A stretch of 64,000 nucleotides of DNA from a virus. The stretch spans positions 5,343 through 69,342 of the IMG/VR virus record IMGVR_UViG_3300034280_000809. One strand, 5' to 3'. Positions 1 through 9,806 of the stretch are shown in pieces. The notes under the pieces are model-generated. The model was not told the DNA's origin. It saw only the letters and a program-made list of their open reading frames with translations, and did no database searches. Position 1 is the stretch's first letter. Every line of letters begins with the position of its first letter. A program made the position numbers and the translations under genes.

Positions 1-48
1 CCTGGACTTTATTCGGTCATCGTAGAGTCCAGGCTCTCGGTGTTTGGG
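1..48 (-). other. Programmed -1 ribosomal frameshift signal
   Basis: Minus strand gaC CCA AAC (42-48), 8-nt spacer, stem CCTGGACT/AGTCCAGG (33-26 with 8-1); -1 frame open to the window edge. Confidence 0.7.
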
Positions 49-443
49 TCGGAGTTCGCCTCTGACACTTTAGCCATCATCTCTTCAAGACGTTCTTTTA
101 CAAGCTCGTCAACAACATTCATTGTAATATCTTTATGGTTAACCCTAAGGCACAAGAAAAGAAGTACCCTAAAGTGAACCATGGTTGATATAGCTTTAGA
201 AACCGCTTCCCCACCAAAAGAGTACGCACCGCTTGCAATATCTTTGTGAACAGAAGATACAAGGAAACGATACTCTTCTTCGTTTAGACTAGGCTTCATT
301 AGCTTTACTTTTTGAATTGCGTGTTCTTCAAGGTATCTTTCAAATTCTCCTTGGATTTTAAATGTCCAAGGAGAACAGGTGTAAGTCTTACCTTGATATT
401 CAAACACACTACCTAGACCAAGCGACTTTGAAATTTCAGCCAC
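9..443 (-). CDS. Tail assembly chaperone (lambda gpG-like) with probable -1 frameshifted extension
   Basis: Follows the tail-tube-like genes; small helical protein ending DPN; in-frame slippery heptamer C CCA AAC plus downstream stem. Confidence 0.7.
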   Translation of the reverse strand: MAEISKSLGLGSVFEYQGKTYTCSPWTFKIQGEFERYLEEHAIQKVKLMKPSLNEEEYRFLVSSVHKDIASGAYSFGGEAVSKAISTMVHFRVLLFLCLRVNHKDITMNVVDELVKERLEEMMAKVSEANSDPNTESLDSTMTE

Positions 444-456
444 TAATTTAATCTCC

Positions 457-1320
457 TTATTTTAACGGATCGCTGGGTGGGGGTGTTTTAACTTCAGCTT
501 TGATTTCTGGTTTGATATCAACCTTTGCTTTTGCCTCTGAAGTTTTTTTAACTTCTTGAACAACAGGTTCTTTTTCGTTAGGGTTTTTACCAGAATAAAC
601 TGTAGGTTTATGATCATTAGCTACAGAAGCATCTTCTCCATTCCATTCGTAAGGATCTTCCACTCCGTTTGAAACAGAATGATACATATTCTGAGAAGAG
701 AATGCTGGGCCAGCAGAAGAACCATCAAACGATGGTAACCAAATACCTGTGCTAAAGTATTCGCCGGGGCCGTTTAATCCGCCTCCTTCATTTGCATCAA
801 GAATGTAAGGATCAGCAGAGCCGGAAAAAGTATATTTAACTAATCCTCGAACTTCAGAGTCTGTTGTTAAATCTGCAATAACGGCTGTAAAACGAATACA
901 CTGTTCAATAGGGTTTGGTGTACCTTGTAAACCCGGATTAAGCGGAACATTCGCTATTTGAGTAGTAGTATCATTAGGCCCTTTTTTAATGTACAAATCA
1001 ATCACAGGTCGAGTTCCCGGACGAAGGTCAGGGTAAGCAAAAGGACTTCCTGATTTAGTGTCTGTATCCCACAAAGCATCAATTGTAAATTCAATATCTG
1101 TAACTCCACCAATATATGTCATCATTGGGGTTACAAAAGGAACTCTTGGTGCTTCGAAAGTAGTTGCATCTACAGCTTCAGTTCTGTAAGTAAACTGCCA
1201 CCTTGTTGCAAACATATCTACATAGTCATCGGGGAAAGTCGTTCCCGAATTTCCTTGATTATACGGATTATTTTGTGGCCAAATTCTTACTCTTGAGTTG
1301 TGTCCTGCTATACCTGGCAT
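457..1320 (-). CDS. Major tail (tube) protein-like, paralog 2, with charged C-terminal extension
   Basis: Beta-rich; WQFTYRTE.VDATTFE motif; position between tail terminator and chaperone; paralogous to 1374..2036. Confidence 0.6.
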   Translation of the reverse strand: MPGIAGHNSRVRIWPQNNPYNQGNSGTTFPDDYVDMFATRWQFTYRTEAVDATTFEAPRVPFVTPMMTYIGGVTDIEFTIDALWDTDTKSGSPFAYPDLRPGTRPVIDLYIKKGPNDTTTQIANVPLNPGLQGTPNPIEQCIRFTAVIADLTTDSEVRGLVKYTFSGSADPYILDANEGGGLNGPGEYFSTGIWLPSFDGSSAGPAFSSQNMYHSVSNGVEDPYEWNGEDASVANDHKPTVYSGKNPNEKEPVVQEVKKTSEAKAKVDIKPEIKAEVKTPPPSDPLK

Positions 1321-1373
1321 AGTTTTGATCTCCTAAATTTTTTTGAGGAATGAATGCTAAAATTTTAATCTGC

Positions 1374-2036
1374 TTAATCAGTAACAACATCTTGATAGAA
1401 GTAGTCTTGACTTGAGAAAGGCATACCTCCATTGTTGTAACCAGGAAGAAAGGTTCCTGTGCGAAGTTCGTGAAGCCCTCCAGTGGTATTTGTAACATAA
1501 GGAGTAGCTTTTCCACTTACAGAGTAAGTTACAACACCTTTTACTTCAGTGCTAATTTGACATTCTGTAATTAACGCTACAAAGTAAAAAAATTGTCCAA
1601 TAGGATTAACATCACCAAGTTTACCTTCTGGTTGTAATGCGTCTTCAAGACCAGAAGACGGAGGACTAATGTGAGGAAACCCTGTTGCTTTATTAAGACC
1701 TTTTTTAATCTCAAGAGCAATAGCAGGGCGACTACCCGGACGAAGATCGGGCCAACCCAAAGGGTGAGCATATTTGCTTACTGTATCCCAGTAAGCGTCA
1801 AAACTAAAATCAATATCAGTAAGTCCTGCAACCCTTGAAGATAACGGAGTAACAAGCGGTGCTCTTGGGTTTTCGTAAGAAGTAGTTTCAAGAAGTTCAG
1901 TTTTGTAACTAAACTGCCATCGATTAGCCATCAAAGCTACAGGTACTGTACCTGCATAATCTTCATCACCTTGATTTGCATCTCTATTTTGTGGATAAAC
2001 TAAAACTCTTCCGTTATGTCCTGAAATTGCTGGCAT
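1374..2036 (-). CDS. Major tail (tube) protein-like, paralog 1
   Basis: WQFSYKTELLETTSYE and VKGVVTYSVSG motifs; position in tail module. Confidence 0.6.
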   Translation of the reverse strand: MPAISGHNGRVLVYPQNRDANQGDEDYAGTVPVALMANRWQFSYKTELLETTSYENPRAPLVTPLSSRVAGLTDIDFSFDAYWDTVSKYAHPLGWPDLRPGSRPAIALEIKKGLNKATGFPHISPPSSGLEDALQPEGKLGDVNPIGQFFYFVALITECQISTEVKGVVTYSVSGKATPYVTNTTGGLHELRTGTFLPGYNNGGMPFSSQDYFYQDVVTD

Positions 2037-2056
2037 GTTAATAATCTCCTTGGGGG

Positions 2057-2593
2057 TTAAGAGCCTGCTATGAAATATCTAATAACAGCAGATTTCACGG
2101 CATCTGTGTTTGAAAACCTTAAAACAGAAGTTGATCCGCCAACGGTGTATCCGGTTAAACTAGGATTGGTTAGCTGAAATACGCTACCGGCAGTTACTTT
2201 AATCTTGTCTGTGGAATCGCCCATAAAGGTCGAGAATGCGTTTAGGCCTGTGTTGTTTTGGCCTCCACCAATAATAACGTCTGCGGAGTTTTCAGCTACT
2301 TCTATGTAGATAACTCGAACTGTTGTAAAATAAAACGAATTACCAAATGCGTCATCAGAGGGTGTTAAAAGATTAATTTGAACATTACTTTGGGTAGGGA
2401 TTGTAATTGTATTTGCAATATAAATTGCTGTTTGATTACTTAAATATCCATTACCAAAGTTTCTTCCGTAATTAAAATTACCGGAGGTGTTAACTGAAAA
2501 ATCTGTTGATGTAGTTCCGCTGTATGTCCAAGACAATCCCGCAACAATATTGCTTACATTAAGTGAAACGGATGAAGGGATATTGGCTGGCAT
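2057..2593 (-). CDS. Virion structural protein (beta-rich, S/T/N/G-rich)
   Basis: Composition and position in the head-tail module. Confidence 0.45.
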   Translation of the reverse strand: MPANIPSSVSLNVSNIVAGLSWTYSGTTSTDFSVNTSGNFNYGRNFGNGYLSNQTAIYIANTITIPTQSNVQINLLTPSDDAFGNSFYFTTVRVIYIEVAENSADVIIGGGQNNTGLNAFSTFMGDSTDKIKVTAGSVFQLTNPSLTGYTVGGSTSVLRFSNTDAVKSAVIRYFIAGS

Positions 2594-2594
2594 T

Positions 2595-3089
2595 TTAATC
2601 TCTTCTATTTACTGTAAATCGATTAACACATACCGCATACCTAATATGTCCTCGATACAAAAGTCTTCCATCCTTGTACCGGGTACTTTCCGAATTGACA
2701 TCTTCTGAGTCTGGTCTTATGTAGATCACAGAACTAGAGTTGTCACTGAACCGTAAATCTAACCAATCATATACACCACGAATCGATTTTAAGCAATTCT
2801 CTACAGCTTCAGATCCGGGAGCATAAAGGAAAAAATCTAAGTCGCATGTTTCCATGTATTGTGAAGTCATTGTCCATGTAAAATCAGATTGAGTTTTGTT
2901 TACATATGCGTAAGGTATTACTAGCTCTTCACCGTCAAGTCTTTCGGGAACTTCTGATACAAATAATCCGCCCGGAAAATGTTCAAGTAGAATTGGGCAA
3001 GAATTCCAAAGGTCTTGTACTGCTTCCAAAATAGAAGATGGATGCCTTCGAGATCTAAATCCAAGTGGTTCTGGGGGAGTAGTTTCCAT
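2595..3089 (-). CDS. Tail completion/terminator protein
   Basis: PYAYV motif, size, position after head closure gene. Confidence 0.55.
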   Translation of the reverse strand: METTPPEPLGFRSRRHPSSILEAVQDLWNSCPILLEHFPGGLFVSEVPERLDGEELVIPYAYVNKTQSDFTWTMTSQYMETCDLDFFLYAPGSEAVENCLKSIRGVYDWLDLRFSDNSSSVIYIRPDSEDVNSESTRYKDGRLLYRGHIRYAVCVNRFTVNRRD

Positions 3090-3430
3090 TAATCCATTTG
3101 CTCCCTTACATCAATGGAGAAAACTCTTTGTCTACCACCTTGATCTAAAATCCCTGTTACAACAAACATTCGTGGAGGGCCAAAAGTTCGAACTCTGTCG
3201 CCTCGTTGAATGTTTAAATAACAAGAAGTGTAGATACGATGAGAGTTAATCATCTGTCTTTGACCAAATTGATGCTGAATTGCACTGTTAATAGGTTGTA
3301 TAGCAGCAGAAATGTTGCTGTAAACAACTTCCCACACCTCCCTTTTAGCTCCGCCAGTAATATCTTTTGTAATTTTTGCTCGTTCAACAGTGATTGAAAA
3401 GTTACAAAGGTGTTCTATTACCATGCACAC
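3089..3430 (-). CDS. Head closure / head-tail joining protein (SPP1 gp16-like)
   Basis: D..GG...W and I.RGDRV motifs; ~110 aa; synteny. Confidence 0.65.
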   Translation of the reverse strand: MCMVIEHLCNFSITVERAKITKDITGGAKREVWEVVYSNISAAIQPINSAIQHQFGQRQMINSHRIYTSCYLNIQRGDRVRTFGPPRMFVVTGILDQGGRQRVFSIDVREQMD

Positions 3431-4095
3431 TCCCTATATCGAGAGAGTATTGCCATTGCAGACGCTATTTCGGGAATAGAAGAACGGGAATCTAGTCCGT
3501 TTCCCCCTAAAGTATAAGAGTAATCGCCTAATTTTTCTGATTTAATATCACCACCAATGCCTATATTTCGTTTCATATAAGATGCAACCATGCAAGTAGC
3601 AAAGATTATATCGTCAGGAACAGCAGCATAACCGTGTGTGTAAGTTACTTTAATGTTTCCATAAGGAGATCCCGTCTCAGGAGTTAGCTTGCCTGGAACA
3701 AATTCGCGTCCAAGCTCTAACCAATTGCTGTTAATACGATAAAGTATTCCACTTGAAGATGATGTTCCGTTTGTATCTAAATCTAGCATGTAATCTCTTC
3801 CAGAAGCTAATAGTTGGCTAGAACTAAAAGAGCCGGGAGATGTACCAAAGTGTCCGTTAAAGTCTTCGTAAACAGAAACAATAGATAGCACTGGGCGATG
3901 TCTTAAGATTAAGGATCGTTTTCCAGTACCTGTTAAATATTCGGTTGTAGTATTTTGTTCGAGTTTTCTTCCAAGCCAGTTTTGAACAACAGCTTCAGAA
4001 GAAATTAAGATCATGTTTAAAAAGTCATCTTGCGTAGCATCATCTGAACAGATTTTTGAAAAGGTTTTAAACTTTGAAAGAGGTACATAAGACAT
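3418..4095 (-). CDS. Head-tail connector/adaptor protein
   Basis: NIKVTYTHGY..VPDDI and SEKLGDYSYT motifs; start moved to ATG 4095 behind GGAGGT. Confidence 0.7.
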   Translation of the reverse strand: MSYVPLSKFKTFSKICSDDATQDDFLNMILISSEAVVQNWLGRKLEQNTTTEYLTGTGKRSLILRHRPVLSIVSVYEDFNGHFGTSPGSFSSSQLLASGRDYMLDLDTNGTSSSSGILYRINSNWLELGREFVPGKLTPETGSPYGNIKVTYTHGYAAVPDDIIFATCMVASYMKRNIGIGGDIKSEKLGDYSYTLGGNGLDSRSSIPEIASAMAILSRYRECAW

Positions 4096-4164
4096 AAACA
4101 AGCACCTCCAAAATAAAAGCCTGCCCTCAAATAAAAGAGCAGGCATTCATTTGTAATTAAAAAA

Positions 4165-4596
4165 TTAACTAGCAAGAGCACCATTACCGTCGCCTGCAAT
4201 CTTCTTGGAACCAAGAATCAGTACAGAAAGAGGAAGGGTAGCAGGTGAGCCACCAACGGTAGCAACAGCCCGAAGGTAACGAGCGTTCCTTAAAATCTTA
4301 CCACTGTGGGTCAAGCCAGTGATACCAGTACCAGTAGCTGAAGTTGAGGTAAGAGTAGAAAGAATTTTAAGGTCAGTCCAAGTGCTGTTGTCTGTGCTTT
4401 CTTGGATTTTAACAGCCAAGGTAGCAGAGGAAGCTGTAGTGCCTGCACCAACAATAACAATAGCGTTGACACTTCCGTCAGACAACTGCATGTCGATGGA
4501 AGAGCCTGTTACTGTGCTAGCGGGCGAGGTTACAGGAGCAATGGAGGCATCTCCAAATGCTTGCAATTTCAAATCACCAATGAAAGTAGCTGGCAT
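4165..4596 (-). CDS. Capsid decoration/cement protein
   Basis: Directly after capsid gene; IQESTDNSTWTD and RYLR motifs. Confidence 0.6.
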   Translation of the reverse strand: MPATFIGDLKLQAFGDASIAPVTSPASTVTGSSIDMQLSDGSVNAIVIVGAGTTASSATLAVKIQESTDNSTWTDLKILSTLTSTSATGTGITGLTHSGKILRNARYLRAVATVGGSPATLPLSVLILGSKKIAGDGNGALAS

Positions 4597-4667
4597 GAAT
4601 TGTTCCTTTATTTTAGATTTTAAAGATACCCAGAGAAGTTTTATTTTCTCTGGGTTATCAATACTAA

Positions 4668-6080
4668 TTACGCATTAACAAGGTTGTCACAAAGTACAAA
4701 GGATGCTTCATGGCGAGGTGCACCATCGGTGTACATAATGCCACGATACCACGTTTGGTCGGTCGTGAAAGGTGTGTCACCTTGTGTTGAAATTTGGAAC
4801 TCAATAGCTCCGCTCATCGCAACAAGGTAATCAGTAAAGTCACCACCAAGCACATAAGACAAGTTAGAAGCACTACCCTTGGTGCGAGCACCGCTGATTT
4901 GGGTAGACTTGTAAACAGGGTTTCCGTAAAGGTTGCCTGCGGTTGCTCGGCTGAAATCAATGTTAGCATTCATTTCGCGGAACATGTTAAATACAAATGG
5001 GCCTTTCTTATCACCAGCAGTAACGGCATCAGCCCTTCTGTTGGAAATTGCTGCGTACATAAGAGGACGCATTACAAAGGCTTTGAACTGAGCATTTTGT
5101 TCTTCAACTTTGCCGATCATTTGAGCAATATCTTCTGGTTCTAAAGTGTTACCGTTAGCAGCAACAGTAGAAGCAGTGTGCCTTGTGATACCAGCGTAGT
5201 TGATAAGACCCTTAGGCTCATTGCTTGAACCAGCCGCTTCAAGAAGCGACTTGTCCAATCGCAAGGCCAGAACACGACTAATGTCTTCACGCAAGAACAT
5301 CTCAACAGAGATAGAGCTAAAGCGAAATAGCTCGTTAGGTACTTTGCAAAGAATGCCAAGTTTCTTGGCCTGCAAGAGTACATCTCCGGTTTCTGGTTGA
5401 GATTCCGTGATGGCATTGGATTCGCCTACCCAGTAAGCAGTACCAGCATTGGTCTGTCTTGGGAAGGTGATTCGGCCATTGGGTGGCATGGCTATAGTTC
5501 TGGCCCCGGCTTGCATGAAAACTTCATTGTTCCTAAGGAGGTCAATAAGTTCGCCTTGAATAGGGGGAGCTACAAGCGATCCGCCTTGACCTTCATCGAT
5601 CCACGACAAAGCCTTGGTTTGACCCCAGTGTTTCTGACGAAGTGCAAATACTTCATCACGATCAACACCAGATACGCCTGCTTGAACAACTTGCTTAATC
5701 TCCCTTGCAAAACCTTCTTCACCGGGAATTTCCGCGATGTAGTCAGAGCCGAAGGGAGCCATGATTGTGTTAGTTGAAGCCTTGTTAAATCCAAGACGAT
5801 CAACATAAAGGTTTTGAAGTTTCTTTGCGGTTTCCCATTCAACCCGAGCATTCTCAGGAGAAAGTTCGCCACGAAGAAGACCAAAGAGTTTTACAAAGCT
5901 GTAGCCACGGCTAGACATAGAGTCTTCACCTTTGCGAACCGCAGGGGATGCACCGGGTAGGTTTCCTCTTGCAGATTTGCTAGTGGTTTCAATCTCTTCT
6001 AGCTTGGTTTGAAGCTTTGCCTGATTGTCTTGGATGCCTTGAATAGCGTCCAAAACTGGTTTGTTTTTTTTCTCCGCCAT
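4668..6080 (-). CDS. Major capsid protein (HK97 fold)
   Basis: GGSLVAP, AYWVGE, PKGLIN motifs; N-terminal coiled-coil delta-like domain. Confidence 0.92.
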   Translation of the reverse strand: MAEKKNKPVLDAIQGIQDNQAKLQTKLEEIETTSKSARGNLPGASPAVRKGEDSMSSRGYSFVKLFGLLRGELSPENARVEWETAKKLQNLYVDRLGFNKASTNTIMAPFGSDYIAEIPGEEGFAREIKQVVQAGVSGVDRDEVFALRQKHWGQTKALSWIDEGQGGSLVAPPIQGELIDLLRNNEVFMQAGARTIAMPPNGRITFPRQTNAGTAYWVGESNAITESQPETGDVLLQAKKLGILCKVPNELFRFSSISVEMFLREDISRVLALRLDKSLLEAAGSSNEPKGLINYAGITRHTASTVAANGNTLEPEDIAQMIGKVEEQNAQFKAFVMRPLMYAAISNRRADAVTAGDKKGPFVFNMFREMNANIDFSRATAGNLYGNPVYKSTQISGARTKGSASNLSYVLGGDFTDYLVAMSGAIEFQISTQGDTPFTTDQTWYRGIMYTDGAPRHEASFVLCDNLVNA

Positions 6081-6112
6081 GATTGGTTATTTCCTTTCGT
6101 AGATTAAACCAT

Positions 6113-6418
6113 TCAAGAAGAAACTTGCACATATTCGCCACAACTGTTTGAACTGCTAGTAGCCGGAAAATGCCCTAGTCTTCCTTGCATTTGCAATTGA
6201 AACCCAGGGTGCGAGCCAGCGATTACTGGTGGATACCTTCGGCAATCGCCCATCTCTTCAATTTGCGGAATCCCGCTAACTATTCCGACAGGCCCCGCTA
6301 ACTCTTGGGGATATTTAAACCAATGTAAACAGTTAGAACATTGGTTTTGTTTAGTCCCTACTTCTTTGCTTGCTTGTATAACAGGAAGCAAAGAAGGTGA
6401 GTTTCTTTTATCCTTCAT
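6113..6418 (-). CDS. Small Cys-rich hypothetical protein (CxxC...GDCRRYPP...CGEY)
   Basis: ORF with four Cys in metal-binding spacing. Confidence 0.5.
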   Translation of the reverse strand: MKDKRNSPSLLPVIQASKEVGTKQNQCSNCLHWFKYPQELAGPVGIVSGIPQIEEMGDCRRYPPVIAGSHPGFQLQMQGRLGHFPATSSSNSCGEYVQVSS

Positions 6419-6421
6419 GCT

Positions 6422-8245
6422 TTATTTTCTTCCTGTGAGTTCAAACAACTTCTTGTTTAAAGAATCTTGGTTGGACTTAAGAATAGTTAAAGCGTTAAGG
6501 ATAGATTTTCGTTCTTCTTCTTCTTCGTTTTTAGCTTCTTCTTCTTCTTGAGCTTTTTTGGACTTGTACATTTCGTCCACTTTTTCGTGAAGACTTTTTA
6601 AGATGTCAGTGTGAGCAATAGCACAGTCGTACATATTGTTCATTACTTCAGACATGCCTTTAAGAATTTTTGTAGTGTCTTCTTCTTCGGCATCTTTATC
6701 TTCTTCGTCTATATCTTTTTCTTCTTCATCTTCATCGCCATCTTTTTCTTCATCGTCATCAATGGCTTTGTTTTCTTCATCTTCGTCATCGACTTCTTTT
6801 TCTTCGTCTTCATCTTCTTGGTCGATGTCCTTTACTTCGTCTTCATCAGACGGTTTTTTCTTTTTCTTTTTATCTTCATCTTCATAAGCCATTAGAAGCT
6901 CCTTACTGTCAGGGAATAATTTTTTAACTTTCTTATCCTTACTGCCATTTTCTTTTTGGGAAACTACAGCAGAATCAGAATTTACGGAAGGGATTACAGA
7001 CTTTTTGTCTGAAGGTTGTTTAGGCGGAGGAATGAGAGCATCAAGGTCTTTGTCGTTTGATTTTTTATTTGGATCATAAGCCCAATTTTTAAGTGAGATA
7101 TCTCGCTTAGACCAAGGGCATTCTTTAGAAGCTGGTTTACCTTTTGGCATCTCTCTCATTCGAGAATTAAAGGCAATTGTTTTATTTGCCCATGTAATAT
7201 GTTTTTGTGTCCAAGAACTTTTTTCTGTAGAAAGCAATTCAAGATTTCTTTTTATTGGGCCAGAACTTAGAGAAGCTTTTTTTGAACAAGGATGATTGCT
7301 CCAAGCTTTTAATTCTTTGTAAGACATGTTGGTTTCTTTTTTGTATTTGAAATAAACTTCGTCAAGTTCTTCTTTATCTACAGCGTTAGAAACGATATTT
7401 TCTTTAACAACTTTTTTGGTTTCGATTGCAACAGGTTCTTGTTTTAAAGCGGTTAAGGCGGGAGCAGATACCGGAACAATTATTTTTCCTGACGGTGGAA
7501 CCCATGCAGCCAAAGCTCTGCGAACAGCGGGAGTTATTTTTTCTCCTTCAATGTGTCCGCGTCCAAGGTGAGCTGCAAGAGCTTCTTGGTTTGCAGGTAT
7601 AGGTACTACACTCCACTCGATCATATCCCATTCAAGGAACTGCATGATGGGGTGACCCATGTTTCGGAAATCTAAAACCTCATCACCTTCTGAAGTTTTT
7701 TCGCTTGTGTTATCTGTATGAATTACAGCAGCTTTTACCGGAAGAAAACCTATGGAAGCTGCTTGCAATTCTTTGCGAGCTATAAGCCGGAAGATAAGTT
7801 CTGACTCTGGTGTCTCTCCATGAAACCAAGCTGTGGATCGTATTAGTCCGTTTTCTTTGTCTACTTCCAGACAAAGATTTCCTTCCGCATCCCTTGCAGA
7901 AGCAATGGGAAGATCATCAGTACGATGTGCAAAGAAAATCCGAGGGTTGCGAGTGTAATTTTTAATGTGTGGCAGACAACCTTCGGGTTCTACGATGTCG
8001 CCATGACGATCTTTACATGAAGTTGAGACAATAAACTTTGCTGACATCTTGCTTGTATCAATTTCGGGAGCTGTATCTGACTGAGAATCCATTGCTAAAA
8101 CAGAATCATGGTTCTCTAAAGTATGCACAAGGTTTCTAGAAGCCGTAATTAAGCCACTAAAACCCATATTTTTACCTTGAGTCAGAAGAATTTCTCTTCT
8201 TTTTCGGATGAAAGATAAGATATCTGCGGTTGTATCAAGCCTCAT
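6422..8245 (-). CDS. Prohead protease fused to a DUF3140-like domain and an acidic scaffold region
   Basis: DRHGDIV, NPRIFFAH, ASIGF, EWSVVPIPAN (HK97-type protease); start moved to ATG 8245 behind AAGGAG. Confidence 0.85.
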   Translation of the reverse strand: MRLDTTADILSFIRKRREILLTQGKNMGFSGLITASRNLVHTLENHDSVLAMDSQSDTAPEIDTSKMSAKFIVSTSCKDRHGDIVEPEGCLPHIKNYTRNPRIFFAHRTDDLPIASARDAEGNLCLEVDKENGLIRSTAWFHGETPESELIFRLIARKELQAASIGFLPVKAAVIHTDNTSEKTSEGDEVLDFRNMGHPIMQFLEWDMIEWSVVPIPANQEALAAHLGRGHIEGEKITPAVRRALAAWVPPSGKIIVPVSAPALTALKQEPVAIETKKVVKENIVSNAVDKEELDEVYFKYKKETNMSYKELKAWSNHPCSKKASLSSGPIKRNLELLSTEKSSWTQKHITWANKTIAFNSRMREMPKGKPASKECPWSKRDISLKNWAYDPNKKSNDKDLDALIPPPKQPSDKKSVIPSVNSDSAVVSQKENGSKDKKVKKLFPDSKELLMAYEDEDKKKKKKPSDEDEVKDIDQEDEDEEKEVDDEDEENKAIDDDEEKDGDEDEEEKDIDEEDKDAEEEDTTKILKGMSEVMNNMYDCAIAHTDILKSLHEKVDEMYKSKKAQEEEEAKNEEEEERKSILNALTILKSNQDSLNKKLFELTGRK

Positions 8246-9746
8246 GGGATGCTCCTTGTGTGTTTTTATTGTCTGAAGGGGCTGACATTGGCTCTGGAAC
8301 AGGCAAATGTGTACCACCTACAGAGGTTGAACCTGGGTAATTTGTATCTTTAGGGGTACTATGAAGCTCTGTACTTGCTTCTATCGGAGGCCCCGAAGTC
8401 ATATTTAGCGGAACAATAGGTTGATCACCCCATTTGTCGGGGTAAGGTTCGCGTCCACGCATAAGCCTTACCTCGTTTGGTGTGATTGCTCCACACATTA
8501 AGTCTGTTTGAATCTGTCTTTCTGTAAGTTCGGGATCAAGAGGAGTAACATCTTCCCACCAAACACGAAGAGAAGGGTCATATTGTTTGGCTATTTTTTC
8601 TGTTAAGACTTGACCCATATACCTCATAAGCGGATTTATTGTCATTTGCATAAATGCAATGTAAGATGCGATAAGCGATCCATAACTACTATCTTTTGAA
8701 AGACCTACTACGCTAGACGGTACACCAAAGAGTGCAAGAATATTGTCTCTTGTTTCTGATGCAGTTTCCCCAAAGAGCATAGAGTTAATTCCTAAAGACA
8801 AAGGAGTCACTTTTGCCCCCGGAGGAACGAAGAGAGGTTTATTTGTTTTGGTTTCACCTGTGTACCTGTTGATAAATTTTGCTTCAATTCTTCTTAAAGC
8901 TTCGTCTGAAGGATCTTGATATTTGCCATCAAATTCTACAGCTACAGTAGGAAATGTTCCGTTACGATAAGCATACCATCGTGATCGATTAATCATATCC
9001 ATTGTGTCAACCCATTGATTTCCAGCGGTCAAGGGGCCAAACCCATCAATCTTTGAAATAGGTGACTTATCTTTAAAGACAGTTACTTCATCTGCGGGAA
9101 GGAATATTTTTTTGTAGATACCTTCAACTGGACGGACTTCCCATCCAATCACCGCTTGATCAACACCCGGAACAGGCCACATCCAATGAGAGGGAACAAC
9201 CCATATAGCTGTAGGCAGACCAAGAGCGTTCTTAGGAGTCCACCAATAAGCCGATCCTGTCAGCTTAAAGAACATTACAGTTTCGTACCAAAGATCGTAT
9301 GAAGTGTCAGGTTCGTTAGGATCTTTAATAAGCCGTAGTAGAGGGTGTTTGTCGGGAACAGGTTTTAAAGATTCATGGGCTAAAAGAGGAATTAAAGCTT
9401 TATTTTTAATATGACGAAATTGTTTTTGTTCGTAGGCATCATAGCTAACCCAAGAAATATTCGGAACAGTTGAAGCTATTTGTTGAGCTATAGCTCGAAT
9501 AGCAATGTAAACCCAATGCTTGTAGTTTCGCACTTGTTCAATGCGATAATCAGTCCATGAATTAATAAATGGTGTACCAGTAGGGCTAAAGCTTACAAGA
9601 CTTGATAAGTCTTTAGGATCTTTGATATCGGGGTACGGAGCAATTCCTTGCAAAGAGTTTCTATCAAGCGGTGAAGGCTTCTTGCCCCCAGGCTTTCTTG
9701 GGGATGGTCTTGGAGTTGCTGCTTTTTTTCCCGGCTGTTTTGCCAT
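8235..9746 (-). CDS. Portal protein (HK97 family)
   Basis: HPLLRLI..PN, LTGSAYW, ILALFGVP, ITPNEVR motifs. Confidence 0.92.
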   Translation of the reverse strand: MAKQPGKKAATPRPSPRKPGGKKPSPLDRNSLQGIAPYPDIKDPKDLSSLVSFSPTGTPFINSWTDYRIEQVRNYKHWVYIAIRAIAQQIASTVPNISWVSYDAYEQKQFRHIKNKALIPLLAHESLKPVPDKHPLLRLIKDPNEPDTSYDLWYETVMFFKLTGSAYWWTPKNALGLPTAIWVVPSHWMWPVPGVDQAVIGWEVRPVEGIYKKIFLPADEVTVFKDKSPISKIDGFGPLTAGNQWVDTMDMINRSRWYAYRNGTFPTVAVEFDGKYQDPSDEALRRIEAKFINRYTGETKTNKPLFVPPGAKVTPLSLGINSMLFGETASETRDNILALFGVPSSVVGLSKDSSYGSLIASYIAFMQMTINPLMRYMGQVLTEKIAKQYDPSLRVWWEDVTPLDPELTERQIQTDLMCGAITPNEVRLMRGREPYPDKWGDQPIVPLNMTSGPPIEASTELHSTPKDTNYPGSTSVGGTHLPVPEPMSAPSDNKNTQGASHEA

Positions 9747-9806
9747 AATTTTGAATCCATGTTAAGGTTGAGGCGAAAATACTAGACTAAAAAAGGAGTT
9801 TTCTCA

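Noticed and set aside
6611-6895. Phe-rich and Ser-rich plus-strand ORFs
   Set aside because: Antisense shadows of the D/E/K tract in the protease/scaffold gene
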